A stretch of DNA of 64,000 bases, from the NCBI GenBank assembly GCA_038322815.1, contig JBBQGG010000007.1, positions 1,218 to 65,217 on the forward strand, read 5' to 3'. The DNA is from Candidatus Kapaibacterium sp. (GTDB lineage: Bacteria > Bacteroidota > Ignavibacteria > Palsa-1295). A program made the translations under genes and the position numbers. Each line of letters starts with the position of its first letter. The stretch's first letter is position 1. This document shows positions 1 through 10,043 of the stretch, in pieces. Under the pieces are notes generated by a model. The model was not told where the DNA came from and searched no databases. It saw only the letters and a program-made list of their open reading frames with translations.

Positions 1-726
1 ATCTGGATTGCCAATATTAACCGGATTAGAATAATCACAAAGAAGTAAACGGTAAATTCCTTCCACAAGATCAGAAACATAGCAGACACTCCGGGTTTGC
101 GAGCCATCTCCAAAAACGGTTATCTCCTCATTGCGCAACGCCTGAGTGATGAAAGCGGGAATAGCTCTGCCATCATGAATTCGCATACGTTCGCCGTATG
201 TATTAAATATACGAATAATGCGCGTCTCAAGCCCATGATAGCGGTGATAAGCCATTGTTAGCGCTTCGGCAAATCGTTTTGCTTCGTCATAGACTCCGCG
301 GATACCGATAGGATTTACGTTACCCCAGTATGTTTCCGGTTGAGGATGAATTGAAGGATCACCATACGTCTCGCTGGTTGATGCCAAAAAGAATCTGGCG
401 TTTTTGGCTTTAGCCAGACCAAGAGCTTTATGAGTTCCGAGCGAACCAACCTTCAACGTTTGTATTGGAAGCTTCAGATAATCAATAGGTGATGCAGGCG
501 ATGCGAAATGAAGTATGTAATCAAGCGGACCATCGACATGAATAAAATTCGTCACATCGTAATGCACGAAAGAAAAATTCGGCTTGCCGATAAGATGGCC
601 GATATTATCGGCACTTCCGGTTACAAGATTATCCATGCAGATAACATCGTGACCTTCTTTGACAAACCTATCACAAAGATGACTACCTAAGAATCCGGCA
701 CCTCCAGTTATTAACGTCCTCGGCAT
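1..726 (-). CDS. UDP-glucuronate decarboxylase / NAD-dependent epimerase-dehydratase (UXS-like); the 3' end runs off the window start
   Basis: Reverse-strand translation starts [21 protein letters not shown] (GxGxxG Rossmann motif) and continues with the dTDP-glucose 4,6-dehydratase/UXS family pattern. ATG at 726..724. Confidence 0.8.
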   Translation of the reverse strand, partial: MPRTLITGGAGFLGSHLCDRFVKEGHDVICMDNLVTGSADNIGHLIGKPNFSFVHYDVTNFIHVDGPLDYILHFASPASPIDYLKLPIQTLKVGSLGTHKALGLAKAKNARFFLASTSETYGDPSIHPQPETYWGNVNPIGIRGVYDEAKRFAEALTMAYHRYHGLETRIIRIFNTYGERMRIHDGRAIPAFITQALRNEEITVFGDGSQTRSVCYVSDLVEGIYRLLLCDYSNPVNIGNPD

Positions 727-800
727 TGTTTTTAATTACGAATTAGAAATTATGAATTATGAATCGAAGAGCTTTTTCTTTAATGTTCGAGTAATTATTT

Positions 801-2105
801 CTATCTTCTTCCAATTCCATAATACTCCAGCCCATGCTCACGAATTTTTTCAGGATCATAAATATTTCGTCCGTCGAAAACTACTTTGTCTTTTAATTTT
901 GCAAGAAGATGAAAATCCGGATTGCGGAATTCATTCCATTCAGTTACGACAATAAGCGCATCAGCACCTTCAAGCGCTGTCATGTTTTTACGGTGATATT
1001 TCAATTGATCTGATTCAGGTAATATTTTCATCGTTGCCGGAATAGCAACAGGATCGCTTGCCTGGATCTTTGCTCCGAATGAAATAAGTGAATTGATTAT
1101 TTCGATGGAGGGCGCATCACGAATATCATCGGTTTTTGGTTTGAATGAAAGTCCCCAAAGCGCAAATGTTTTTCCGGAAATATTGCCGTTGTAATGCGCA
1201 AGAATTTTTTCAACTAAAACTTTCTTTTGCTTGTAATTTACTTCCTGAACAGCTTTTAGCGTTTTGAATTCGTAATTATTTTCAGCAGCAGTTTTTATTA
1301 TCGCGCTGACATCTTTCGGAAAGCAGCTACCGCCAAAACCGACTCCGGGAAAAAGAAATTGCTGACCGATCCGCCCATCAGAACCAATGCCCTTACGTAC
1401 ACTATCAACATCAGCGCCCACGGCATCACAAATATTTGCAATTTCATTCATGAAAGAAATACGGAGTGCAAGCATGGCATTGGCAGCATACTTCGTTATC
1501 TCCGCACTTTTTTCATCCATAATGTAGATCGGATTTCCGGTGCGAACAAATGGCTCGTATAACTCCTGCATTACTTCGATTGCTTCCGGACTCGATGAGC
1601 CAATGACAATTCTATCAGGTTTTAAAAAATCCTGTACTGCAGCCCCTTCTTTCAAAAATTCCGGATTTGAAACAACTTCAACTTTTATTTTTGTCTCCTG
1701 CTCAAATATTGCTTTTACTTTTCCTGCCGTACCGACCGGAACCGTTGATTTATTCACGATCACTTTCGGCTCAGTGATAATTTGCGCAATTTGTGTTGCT
1801 ACGGACATCACACGCGAAAGATCGGCAGCTCCATCTGCTCCCTGCGGTGTCGGAAGCGCAAGAAAAATTACTTGAGCACTAGCGATCGCCTCTTTCAGGT
1901 CCGTCGTGAATAATAATCGGCCTTCCGCAACATTAAATTTTACAATTTCTTCCAGTCCCGGTTCGTAAATCGGAATAATACCATTTTTTAATGCGTTTAC
2001 TTTTTCCTGCATAATATCCATGCAGACCACGTTATTGCCCGTCTCAGCAAAACCTGCACCTGTGACTAATCCGACATATCCTGTACCGACGATTGCGACG
2101 TTCAT
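801..2105 (-). CDS. ugd: UDP-glucose 6-dehydrogenase
   Basis: 434 aa with N-terminal MNVAIVGTGYVGLVTG NAD-binding motif and a central GGSCFPKD catalytic Cys motif typical of the UDP-glucose/GDP-mannose dehydrogenase family. Lies next to uxs, consistent with a UDP-Glc to UDP-GlcA to UDP-Xyl route. Confidence 0.9.
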   Translation of the reverse strand: MNVAIVGTGYVGLVTGAGFAETGNNVVCMDIMQEKVNALKNGIIPIYEPGLEEIVKFNVAEGRLLFTTDLKEAIASAQVIFLALPTPQGADGAADLSRVMSVATQIAQIITEPKVIVNKSTVPVGTAGKVKAIFEQETKIKVEVVSNPEFLKEGAAVQDFLKPDRIVIGSSSPEAIEVMQELYEPFVRTGNPIYIMDEKSAEITKYAANAMLALRISFMNEIANICDAVGADVDSVRKGIGSDGRIGQQFLFPGVGFGGSCFPKDVSAIIKTAAENNYEFKTLKAVQEVNYKQKKVLVEKILAHYNGNISGKTFALWGLSFKPKTDDIRDAPSIEIINSLISFGAKIQASDPVAIPATMKILPESDQLKYHRKNMTALEGADALIVVTEWNEFRNPDFHLLAKLKDKVVFDGRNIYDPEKIREHGLEYYGIGRR

Positions 2106-2140
2106 TTTTTAAAAAATATATCTTACCGGTAGAATTTTAT

Positions 2141-2186
2141 AGTGTCATTGCGAGTATGGCTTTAGCCGAACGAAGCAATGACATTC
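2141..2186. repeat. nested-palindrome repeat family, half copy (A)
   Basis: AGTGTCATTGCGAG...GCTTTAGCC...CGAAGCAATGACAT. Shares the left terminus and inner motif with copies B-F. Confidence 0.6.
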
Positions 2187-2635
2187 ACAAAATTTTATAA
2201 AATCAGAAAACTTCCGAATACTGAGCGATGTATAACTTTCATAATCTCTACTTTGTTCGGTTCTCTGAGATAATTTCTGAGCTTCAAATCTTTTCCCCAA
2301 ACCTCTTAATTCTTTAAACTACTGTTTTAAATACTTTTAAATACAGGTTATTTTAAAGGCTGTGGATATGTAGATAAGAATTTAAATTTCGTGATTATCT
2401 ACGATCCTGTACTAAGAACGACATATAACAAGTTATCCAGTATAGTGTTCGTATGTGGAAGGGTAAGAATTCATCCACATGAAAAGTTATAATCTACACT
2501 CTATCCGCATAGTAAAATAGTTATTGACAAAGTTATGGGCATCATCCACAATTATCGAAGGATAAATAATTTTTACCACGATGTTACCAAGAAGTTTGTA
2601 ATTTTGTGTGAAGAAGCTCATAACATTATTGATTT

Positions 2636-2833
2636 ATGAAATTACTGACACTGCATAAAATCCTAATCGCATTTGCGCTTGCCTTTTTCCTTTTCTTCGG
2701 ATTAAGAGAGATTTTGCGCGAATCGGGCAATGCCATTATAGGCGCGATTGTCCTCGGCATTGCAGTAGGGGTGAGTATTTATTTTGTATGGGTGCTGCGG
2801 GGAGGATATGAGAAGAAAAATAATTTAAACTGA
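2636..2833 (+). CDS. small hypothetical membrane protein (two predicted TM helices)
   Basis: 65-aa ORF with two hydrophobic helices, in the divergent intergenic region. No recognisable family. Confidence 0.3.
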   Translation: MKLLTLHKILIAFALAFFLFFGLREILRESGNAIIGAIVLGIAVGVSIYFVWVLRGGYEKKNNLN

Positions 2834-3229
2834 GGTATTATTTTGCTTAACGGCGCTCGGCAGTTCTGGAATATCATAATTCGTGTCAGATTTTTTTCCG
2901 AGGTTTATCATTATTGGATAGATTAAGAATGATAAAACCAATTGCTCTAATATCCTACAATATATAAAGTCAACAGTTAATAGATTCGAAATCCATTTAT
3001 CTGATGCAAACAAATAATTTACGGTGCTTGTAGTACACATCACAAACATACAAATCAATCCGGCTCGGAATACAGTTGTTGATCGCGCTCGATCATTGAA
3101 AGTCGTATCCTTAGTGAAACGCTGAAATTTAAAATGTTTTGGATAAAATATCAGAGGAAAGTAAATAGCAAAAAGGCCAGTTACAATCGTAAAAATTATT
3201 AATAATAGTACTCGCATGGTTATGGTCAA
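2825..3229 (-). CDS. hypothetical integral membrane protein
   Basis: 134-aa ORF with several hydrophobic segments. No family recognised. Confidence 0.35.
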   Translation of the reverse strand: MTITMRVLLLIIFTIVTGLFAIYFPLIFYPKHFKFQRFTKDTTFNDRARSTTVFRAGLICMFVMCTTSTVNYLFASDKWISNLLTVDFIYCRILEQLVLSFLIYPIMINLGKKSDTNYDIPELPSAVKQNNTSV

Positions 3230-3313
3230 TCAAATTAATACTATATCGAATCTCTTTTTGCTATTTATTGTTCCTCTTCCTGAAGTAAGATTATTAAATT
3301 AAAGGAAAAGACT

Positions 3314-3721
3314 ATGTATGATCCAGTGATGGTTCAGCCGATGAGAGATGAAGTTACCCGTATGGGTATGACGGAAATGCGGACGGCTGAAGAAGTTGAT
3401 AAAGAGTTGAATGCGCCGGGAACGGCGTTCGTATTCATTAATTCAGTTTGCGGCTGCGCTGCTGGCGGTGCAAGGCCGGCGTTAAAGTTGGCGCTCGCTA
3501 ATGCAAAGAAGCCTGAACGTATTACAACGGCATTCGCCGGAAATGATGTGGCAGCCGTTGCAAGGGCACGCTCATTCTTCACCGGTTTTCCGCCATCTTC
3601 GCCGCAATTTGCCATTATTAAAGATGGTAAACTTATCTGGATGATGGAGCGCTGGCAGATCGAAGGCAGAGCGCCGGAGGCGATCGCTGCGGAATTGGTG
3701 AAGGTTTTTGATGCGATGTAA
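3314..3721 (+). CDS. bacilliredoxin-like thiol-disulfide oxidoreductase (YphP/YqiW, DUF1094 family)
   Basis: 135 aa with an FINSVCGCAAG motif (CGC redox motif of BrxA/BrxB bacilliredoxins) and overall thioredoxin-like length. Confidence 0.65.
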   Translation: MYDPVMVQPMRDEVTRMGMTEMRTAEEVDKELNAPGTAFVFINSVCGCAAGGARPALKLALANAKKPERITTAFAGNDVAAVARARSFFTGFPPSSPQFAIIKDGKLIWMMERWQIEGRAPEAIAAELVKVFDAM

Positions 3722-3725
3722 ATAG

Positions 3726-3847
3726 AGTGTCATTGCGAGAAGTGCTTTAGCCTGACGAAGCAATCCCCTGATAGTTTGTAGAAAGCAACAGTCTATAATT
3801 ATTCAGGGGATTGCTTCGGTCGCCTTCGGCGCCTCTCGCAATGACAT
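3726..3847. repeat. nested-palindrome repeat family, copy B
   Basis: AGTGTCATTGCGAG...CGAAGCAATCC...GGGGATTGCTTCG...CTCGCAATGACAT. Starts 5 nt after the bacilliredoxin stop. Confidence 0.8.
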
Positions 3848-3866
3848 AATAGGTCACAGAAAATCC

Positions 3867-3895
3867 CCGCGATTAAATCGCGGAATTTTTTTCTT
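3867..3895 (+). terminator. rho-independent terminator after the bacilliredoxin gene
   Basis: CCGCGA-ttaaa-TCGCGG hairpin followed by AATTTTTTT, immediately downstream of repeat copy B. Confidence 0.55.
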
Positions 3896-3949
3896 TTGTT
3901 TTGAATCTGTTATTGGTATGATTTTTGTATAGTTAACAAAGAACACAGA

Positions 3950-5464
3950 ATGCTTCAGTTACGGCAAAAAATGGGAATGCATCAGAAGATGACACCGCAG
4001 CAGGTGCAATATCTGAAGCTATTACAAACTCCCGCTGCCGAACTCGAAGCAAAGATCAAAGAAGAACTCGATGATAATCCTCTCTTAGAAGAAGTCTCCG
4101 AAGAAGAACAGCAGCAGCAATCGGACCAAAATGAAGTAACTGAGCAGATCGCCGGATCATCCGAACAAGCGGCAACCGAATCAGGAACGGTGCCTATAGA
4201 GCAGGCTGAGCGCAACAATGACTATACCCTCGAAGATTTCATGAACGATGAAACTGAGGGTTTCAAAGCTCCACGCATTTCGCGTTCCGATGACGACGAT
4301 GAAAATTCCGAACGTTTCCAACAGGCATCCGAAGAAAGTTTTACCGAATCTCTTTCTTCACAACTTTCACTTTTAGGGTTATCGCCGCGCCTGCGCGTGC
4401 TTGCCGAAGAGATCATTGGTTCTCTCGATGAGGACGGATATCTGCGTGAGCCTCTTGATCAGATCGTCCGCGATACCAGCATTTATTTTGGTGAAGAATA
4501 TACGGAGATCGAAACTGAACGCCTGCTCAAGCGGATTCAGAGGCTCGATCCTATAGGCGTTGCGGCGCGGAATCTGCAGGAATGTCTGATGGTCCAGCTC
4601 GAAGCGACCCACGAGCATTCACCGGCGCGCGAATTTGCGATGGAGATCATTCGCGATCAATACGAAAATTTCGTGAAGAAAAATTATCAGGTTCTGGCAA
4701 AGAAATTCCGCATGGAAGTTCATGACTTAAAGCCTGCCATTGATCTAATTCAGCACCTCAATCCCAAGCCCGGCGCTCCTTCGCGCCCTGCATCAGAAAG
4801 TGCGCGCTACATAACACCTGATTTTTATATTGAGAAAACTCCGAGCGGAAAAGATTTTGTTATTACGCTTAACGAGCGTGGCATTCCTACTCTTCGCGTC
4901 AATGCTTCCTATAAAGAGCTTGCAAAAAAGAAAGGCAGCAATGGCGCAAAGCCTTTACCGGACGATGCACGGGAATTTATTAATAAGAAATTTGAAGCAG
5001 CAAAATTTTTCTTACAGGCGATCTACCAGCGCCGCGAAACACTGATGCGGGTTATGACGGCACTTGTCCACCGGCAGCACGAATTTTTCGTGAGCGGTGA
5101 GAAGTATCTGAAGCCGATGATCTATAAGATCATCGCCGAAGAGATCGGAATGGATATCTCGACGATCTGCCGTGTTGTCAACAGAAAATATTGCCAATGC
5201 GATTACGGAGTCTTCGAATTAAAATATTTTTTCAGTGAAGCAATTCCGCTCGAAGGCGGTGAAGGCGAAGCAGTTGCGAATAAAGTTGTGAAATCGCGTA
5301 TTAAGGAGTTGATCGAATCAGAAAACCCCGCCAAGCCGCTGAATGACGATAAGCTTGTCGAGCTTCTTCGTGCCGATAGTTATGATCTTGCCCGCCGCAC
5401 CGTTGCGAAGTACCGAGAGCAGATGCATATCCCTGTTGCAAGAATGCGAAAGAAGATAGTGTAG
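3950..5464 (+). CDS. rpoN: RNA polymerase sigma-54 factor
   Basis: 504 aa. N-terminal Gln/Leu-rich activator-interacting region (MLQLRQKMGMHQKMTPQQVQYLKLLQ), acidic linker, and C-terminal RpoN box (ARRTVAKYRE) with HTH. Confidence 0.95.
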   Translation: MLQLRQKMGMHQKMTPQQVQYLKLLQTPAAELEAKIKEELDDNPLLEEVSEEEQQQQSDQNEVTEQIAGSSEQAATESGTVPIEQAERNNDYTLEDFMNDETEGFKAPRISRSDDDDENSERFQQASEESFTESLSSQLSLLGLSPRLRVLAEEIIGSLDEDGYLREPLDQIVRDTSIYFGEEYTEIETERLLKRIQRLDPIGVAARNLQECLMVQLEATHEHSPAREFAMEIIRDQYENFVKKNYQVLAKKFRMEVHDLKPAIDLIQHLNPKPGAPSRPASESARYITPDFYIEKTPSGKDFVITLNERGIPTLRVNASYKELAKKKGSNGAKPLPDDAREFINKKFEAAKFFLQAIYQRRETLMRVMTALVHRQHEFFVSGEKYLKPMIYKIIAEEIGMDISTICRVVNRKYCQCDYGVFELKYFFSEAIPLEGGEGEAVANKVVKSRIKELIESENPAKPLNDDKLVELLRADSYDLARRTVAKYREQMHIPVARMRKKIV

Positions 5465-5471
5465 GGGAAAA

Positions 5472-7154
5472 TTATCTGACTATCGTAAAAGGCTTTGTTA
5501 TTGTATTGGTCGGAGTATGTAATCTCATAAAATAATTTCCTGACGGAAGATTTCCGACATTGTATTTTAAGTCGCCGGTTGAATTACTAAGGGAGACTGA
5601 GGCAATGGTATTGCCCATAAGCCCGACTATGTCTGCTTTGAGTACTTTATCCGAGCCGGAGGAATAGGCAATATTCAACACATTGGTACACGGATTTGGA
5701 TAAAGATCAAGAGCAGCTACATTTACAATATCATTACTATGCACTGCAGCCTGGCCGTCTTCAAGTTTTGCCATATACATTGAGCCACCAAAATCTGGAA
5801 ATAGAGGGGCACCAGTCTCACCGAGTACAACAATCTTATTATCATGCGAAATGAAGACATTTAGAATTTCATCCTTCAAACTATCTACGCCCCAGGTATA
5901 TTGCCAAACTGGTTTTCCTTGAGGATCGATTTTTGCTAAATACATATCCCAATTCAAACGATTATTGTTTATAACGGTAGAGTGATAATCGCCGGCTGCA
6001 CCGCCGAGAATAAAATTACCATCGTTATATGATGTGACACAAATAGGGTGGATATAAGTATGAGAGTCCATTCCGAATGTCTTTTCCCATAATATATCAC
6101 CGCTACTGCTTATCAATGCCGTAAAAACATTTTCTTTGGCTACACCATCGAAAGCTTCACCTGTAAGAAGAATATTTCCATCATTTGTTTCGATAAGTGA
6201 ATTCACGAATAAAGACGAGCCTGATTGTATACTCTTACTCCAAAGTATGTTACCGGCGCTGTCGGTCTTAAAGAGCAGACAATCGGAAATACGTTTACTA
6301 GAATCTATGGCATGTGTCCGTTTTACGCCAAAAACTAAATTTGCATCATGCGTTTCAATAAGTGATATTGCAGATGCATCAATATTAGCCTCTATCGAAT
6401 AAGGGAGAGTCCATTGAATTATACCTGAATTATCTATTTTTGAAACGAATAAACTGTCGTATTTACGCGTCCAAATAGAATTCATTGCCGTGCTGAAATA
6501 CCCGCCATCATGCGACTTAATAAGACTAGAATATCCATTCGGAAAGTAGGAATTGATACTATCCGTGAAATTGGATGCCTGTATATTTATTTCGTTATCA
6601 GTGATAACTTGGCAAAAAAAGCCTGAAGGGATGGCAAAAAAGTTCCTTTTCTTCCCCACAAAATAAAAACCGTTATTGTTTGGCTTCTTTTCTGCTAATG
6701 CTATATCGATAGCAGTATCCGTGCTTCCGTAATGTGTACGTTTTATTTCATTACCAGAAACATCTATTTTTAAAAAATATTTGACATAACCCACATCCCC
6801 ACAAACTGCGAATTTGCCATCATCGGATTCATTAATAGCTTGAGGCACAATCATAGGATTGGAGAAATCACCCGATGTATATGAATTTTGCCAAATCAGA
6901 GACGACGGAGAATTTGGTGGAAGTAATGAAAGGTTGGGCACAGTAAGGGACCTGTCACTTATCTGTATAAGTGAAATAAAATTTTTATTTTCACGGCTGT
7001 ACCAAGTTTCGCCATAATCCGTCGAAAGGTAAATGCTTCCGTCCGTCTTTTTGTGACAAATATTTTTGCATAATGATGGATGAGTTTGAGCCATCAAAGT
7101 GCCGCCTAATAAAATTACAATTACCGGGATAATACTTATGTGAGAATATTTCAT
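5472..7154 (-). CDS. secreted beta-propeller-like protein with T9SS C-terminal sorting domain
   Basis: 560 aa with N-terminal signal peptide and repeated propeller-like blades. C-terminus LYPNPCTNVLNIAYSS...GNYFMRLHTPTNTITKPFTIVR matches the Por secretion tail (TIGR04183-like). Confidence 0.7.
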   Translation of the reverse strand: MKYSHISIIPVIVILLGGTLMAQTHPSLCKNICHKKTDGSIYLSTDYGETWYSRENKNFISLIQISDRSLTVPNLSLLPPNSPSSLIWQNSYTSGDFSNPMIVPQAINESDDGKFAVCGDVGYVKYFLKIDVSGNEIKRTHYGSTDTAIDIALAEKKPNNNGFYFVGKKRNFFAIPSGFFCQVITDNEINIQASNFTDSINSYFPNGYSSLIKSHDGGYFSTAMNSIWTRKYDSLFVSKIDNSGIIQWTLPYSIEANIDASAISLIETHDANLVFGVKRTHAIDSSKRISDCLLFKTDSAGNILWSKSIQSGSSLFVNSLIETNDGNILLTGEAFDGVAKENVFTALISSSGDILWEKTFGMDSHTYIHPICVTSYNDGNFILGGAAGDYHSTVINNNRLNWDMYLAKIDPQGKPVWQYTWGVDSLKDEILNVFISHDNKIVVLGETGAPLFPDFGGSMYMAKLEDGQAAVHSNDIVNVAALDLYPNPCTNVLNIAYSSGSDKVLKADIVGLMGNTIASVSLSNSTGDLKYNVGNLPSGNYFMRLHTPTNTITKPFTIVR

Positions 7155-7190
7155 GCCTCGTCTCCATATAAAATTTTAAACATAGTATTG

Positions 7191-7895
7191 TTAGTGTGTA
7201 AGGGCAGTAGACCCGCAGAATGCCCTGCATCCGCTATGGAAAAGCGCCCCCGAAGGAAGAGGTACAATATCGGAGCTACAATCTGGCGCCGGGTTTTGCG
7301 TTTGAACCCACGTATCAGTCTCTTCATCAGTATGTGTTGTAGTGTTATAACAAAAAGTCGTTTGTAAAAGGCAACAGAGCTGAGTGGAACAAGGTTGCTT
7401 CTCGACTCTTGTCACTTGATGTGCCGGATCGTCGATATAGACCCAGTCAACGCATGATTCATAAGAACCTTGGTAAGTTACAGGTCCGTGATTAGGGCAT
7501 TCATACAGATACTTATACGGCGGAGGTCCTCCAGCATAGGCTTGATCAAACCATTTTTGAGCAATTACATGGAATCCCTCATCAAAAACCCAGGTAACGA
7601 AATCCCAATTTATTGAACCGCCAGTTCCACTAAAAAGAGCGGCGACGTATGTGCTACAAGGGACAGACGGAGTTGCCCAATAAACTTTTGGGAATGAAAG
7701 CGTCATAGTTCCATTTGGGCACAGTTGCCAAGCTACTAAATAGGTTATACTACAGCCTGGAAAACCAGGCAAACTTATTGTTTCGTAACTATGTCCATAT
7801 GTAGCAGAGTCGCAACTTGGAAAGCAATATGTTGGCTCTTGAGCAACAACTGGTGTTACCATGGTTACTTGAACTACGACAAATAAGGCAAGCAT
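7191..7895 (-). CDS. cysteine-rich secreted hypothetical protein
   Basis: 234 aa with a hydrophobic N-terminus and about 15 Cys residues in CxxC/CC-like spacings. No family recognised. Lies downstream of an ECF sigma gene on the same strand. Confidence 0.45.
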   Translation of the reverse strand: MLALFVVVQVTMVTPVVAQEPTYCFPSCDSATYGHSYETISLPGFPGCSITYLVAWQLCPNGTMTLSFPKVYWATPSVPCSTYVAALFSGTGGSINWDFVTWVFDEGFHVIAQKWFDQAYAGGPPPYKYLYECPNHGPVTYQGSYESCVDWVYIDDPAHQVTRVEKQPCSTQLCCLLQTTFCYNTTTHTDEETDTWVQTQNPAPDCSSDIVPLPSGALFHSGCRAFCGSTALTH

Positions 7896-8061
7896 TAAAA
7901 GAAAGAGGCTTCCCTTTTTTTCTGTGACCCCATATAAAGTAAAGTTTTCATAGCACTGTCAGATGAATGATGAATGTTTGAATACCAAAACATTATATGT
8001 CTTTTCTCCTTCAAAAACTGACACGAAAAAAGAAAATAATTTAAATAATTTTCAAAATCGC

Positions 8062-8634
8062 TTATTTCGCTTCGTTTTCGTTTTCGGTTTTCGGTTTTCG
8101 GGTGTAAACGGTTGACCGCCCACTGTCAGCATTCCTATTAGTTCCGCTCATATCTTTTTTTGCAATTACTGATAATCTTTCAATAATTCTTTTATGCCGC
8201 TGTTCCAGTGTATTCTTTTTAATTCCGGTAATTATTGCAATTTCTTTGAATGGAATCTCATCCATTCGCATTTGCAGCAGATCTTTTTCATCTTGCTTTA
8301 GCTCGAGCATCAATTGGTTAAGCGTTTCGGCTACAGTAAATTCTAATTCCAAATCATCCTGAGAAGGGAAGTCAATTCCTCTCGCAGTAAAGCCTTCAAT
8401 GCTTGAAGTTTTTTTCCTCTTCCGGTCAGTCGTCTCATGGTAAAGATTTCTATAGGCAATCGTGTAAAGCAGTCCAGTCGTTTGCTCTTCGGTTGAGTAT
8501 TTCAGGCATACTTCAATTGCTTCGGAAAGTGCATCATAAATAACTTCCGCGTCAACGGTACTGTATTTTCTGTGTAAAATAGCAAATAGCTTCCGAAGAA
8601 TTCGGTCGGCAGAATCAGGTTCTTTAAATATCAT
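8062..8634 (-). CDS. ECF-type RNA polymerase sigma-70 family factor
   Basis: 190 aa. Region 2 then region 4 HTH (IPFKEIAIITGIKKNTLEQRHKRIIERL). The low-complexity ENENEAK tail is encoded by a GTTTTCG heptamer repeat. Confidence 0.75.
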   Translation of the reverse strand: MIFKEPDSADRILRKLFAILHRKYSTVDAEVIYDALSEAIEVCLKYSTEEQTTGLLYTIAYRNLYHETTDRKRKKTSSIEGFTARGIDFPSQDDLELEFTVAETLNQLMLELKQDEKDLLQMRMDEIPFKEIAIITGIKKNTLEQRHKRIIERLSVIAKKDMSGTNRNADSGRSTVYTRKPKTENENEAK

Positions 8635-8755
8635 ATCGTCACGAGTTGATATGTGAATAGCTAATACGAGGCACTAAGGCACTTTTACAAATATAAGCAT
8701 ATTTCGGGATTCTTCACTATACTTCGCGTCGTTTAGCAAGACTATTTATTTCATA

Positions 8756-10036
8756 ATGATGATTTTCAAAAGATCTCTTCTTTTTTTCTTTTTAATCTCT
8801 TTCTTCTTTACTTCTGCAAGCAGCCAAGTCCGCACAGGTCTTGATAATCTCGTTTCGGAGAAATTTGTACAGCTTAAAGGAAAAAAAATCGGACTTATTT
8901 GTAATCAAACCTCACGTACTTTAAATGGTGAATTTGCGCCGAAGCTTTTTGTAAAGCAGAAATCTTTTAAGCTTGTTTCATTATTTTCTCCCGAGCATGG
9001 ATTATTGGGCGAGCGCAAAGCCGGAGTTCCGAGCGATAGCGCGGAAACATTTGAGGGCGTACCTGTCTATTCCCTTTATGGCAGCAATCGCAAACCGGCT
9101 CGCTCGATGCTCCGGGGCATTGATGCTTTAGTTTTTGATATTCAGGATATCGGTGTTCGTCCTTATACATATCTTTCAACGATGATCTATGCAATGGAAG
9201 CTGCGGCGGAAAACAATGTGCAGTTCATTGTTCTCGATAGACCGAATCCGTTATCAGGTGAACGCATCGAAGGAAATATTTTAGATACTTCGCTTCGCTC
9301 ATTTGTAGGCGCAATTCCTGTTCCGTATTTGCATGGGATGACGCTTGGTGAACTTGCAAAAATGGCGAAGGGCGAAAAGTGGTTTCACGGAGCAGAGAAA
9401 TTAAAGCTTACTATTATCAGAATGACGGGATGGGAAAGATCGATGTATTGGAATGAGACTGGTTTGAAATGGACAAGTCCAAGCCCTAACATTCCTACTT
9501 TCGAAAATGCAGTTGGCTGTGCGATGTTCGGCGCGATCGGAGAGCTTGGAATTCTTTCTGTCGGTATTGGCTCCGATAAACCATTTTTAAGGCTTGGTTC
9601 GAAACTTGTAAAACCGGAAATGTTAGAACATGTTCTTGCGTCATCACTTCCTCATGAAATTTCCGCAAAGCGAGAAGATTACACCGTGCCGTATGGAGAC
9701 TCGACTAAAACATTTTTAGGAATGGAGATCGAATTGCCAAAAGATATGCATAAGTTCAAGCTCGAAGAGTTATATGCATCGCAATTTGTTATAATGAATC
9801 AATTACTTGCCGATACAGTGTTCGCAAGATCATTTAAAGCTTTACCGGCAAGTACAAAAAAAATGTTTGAGAAAGTTACCGGCTCCAAACATGTATTTAC
9901 CATATTGCAAATGCCTAAAAAGAATGATGAAGGTTTTGTTCATTGGCAAGACGAAGCTTCACTTTTTCATATAGCTTGGAAAGATGGTCCTGTTACATTT
10001 CGGACCATGCGGAAAAAATATTTGCTTTACCAATAA
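8756..10036 (+). CDS. DUF1343 family exo-beta-N-acetylmuramidase (NamZ-like)
   Basis: Signal peptide. Strong match to the YbbC/NamZ pattern (VPVYSLYGSNRKP...GIDALVFDIQDIGVRPYTYLSTMIYAMEAAAENNVQFIVLDRPNP). Confidence 0.8.
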   Translation: MMIFKRSLLFFFLISFFFTSASSQVRTGLDNLVSEKFVQLKGKKIGLICNQTSRTLNGEFAPKLFVKQKSFKLVSLFSPEHGLLGERKAGVPSDSAETFEGVPVYSLYGSNRKPARSMLRGIDALVFDIQDIGVRPYTYLSTMIYAMEAAAENNVQFIVLDRPNPLSGERIEGNILDTSLRSFVGAIPVPYLHGMTLGELAKMAKGEKWFHGAEKLKLTIIRMTGWERSMYWNETGLKWTSPSPNIPTFENAVGCAMFGAIGELGILSVGIGSDKPFLRLGSKLVKPEMLEHVLASSLPHEISAKREDYTVPYGDSTKTFLGMEIELPKDMHKFKLEELYASQFVIMNQLLADTVFARSFKALPASTKKMFEKVTGSKHVFTILQMPKKNDEGFVHWQDEASLFHIAWKDGPVTFRTMRKKYLLYQ

Positions 10037-10043
10037 TAAAAAA

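Noticed and set aside
508-690. 60-aa plus-strand ORF inside the uxs region
   Set aside because: Lies entirely within the strongly supported minus-strand UXS coding sequence and has no family features. It is a shadow ORF.
1359-1875. Plus-strand ORFs 1359..1562 and 1540..1875 inside ugd
   Set aside because: Antisense to the well-supported UDP-glucose dehydrogenase frame, with low-complexity translations.
3334-4618. Minus-strand ORFs overlapping the bacilliredoxin and rpoN genes (3334..3615, 3572..3763, 3982..4218, 4222..4416, 4379..4618)
   Set aside because: Antisense to strongly conserved genes. Ser/Cys-rich junk translations.
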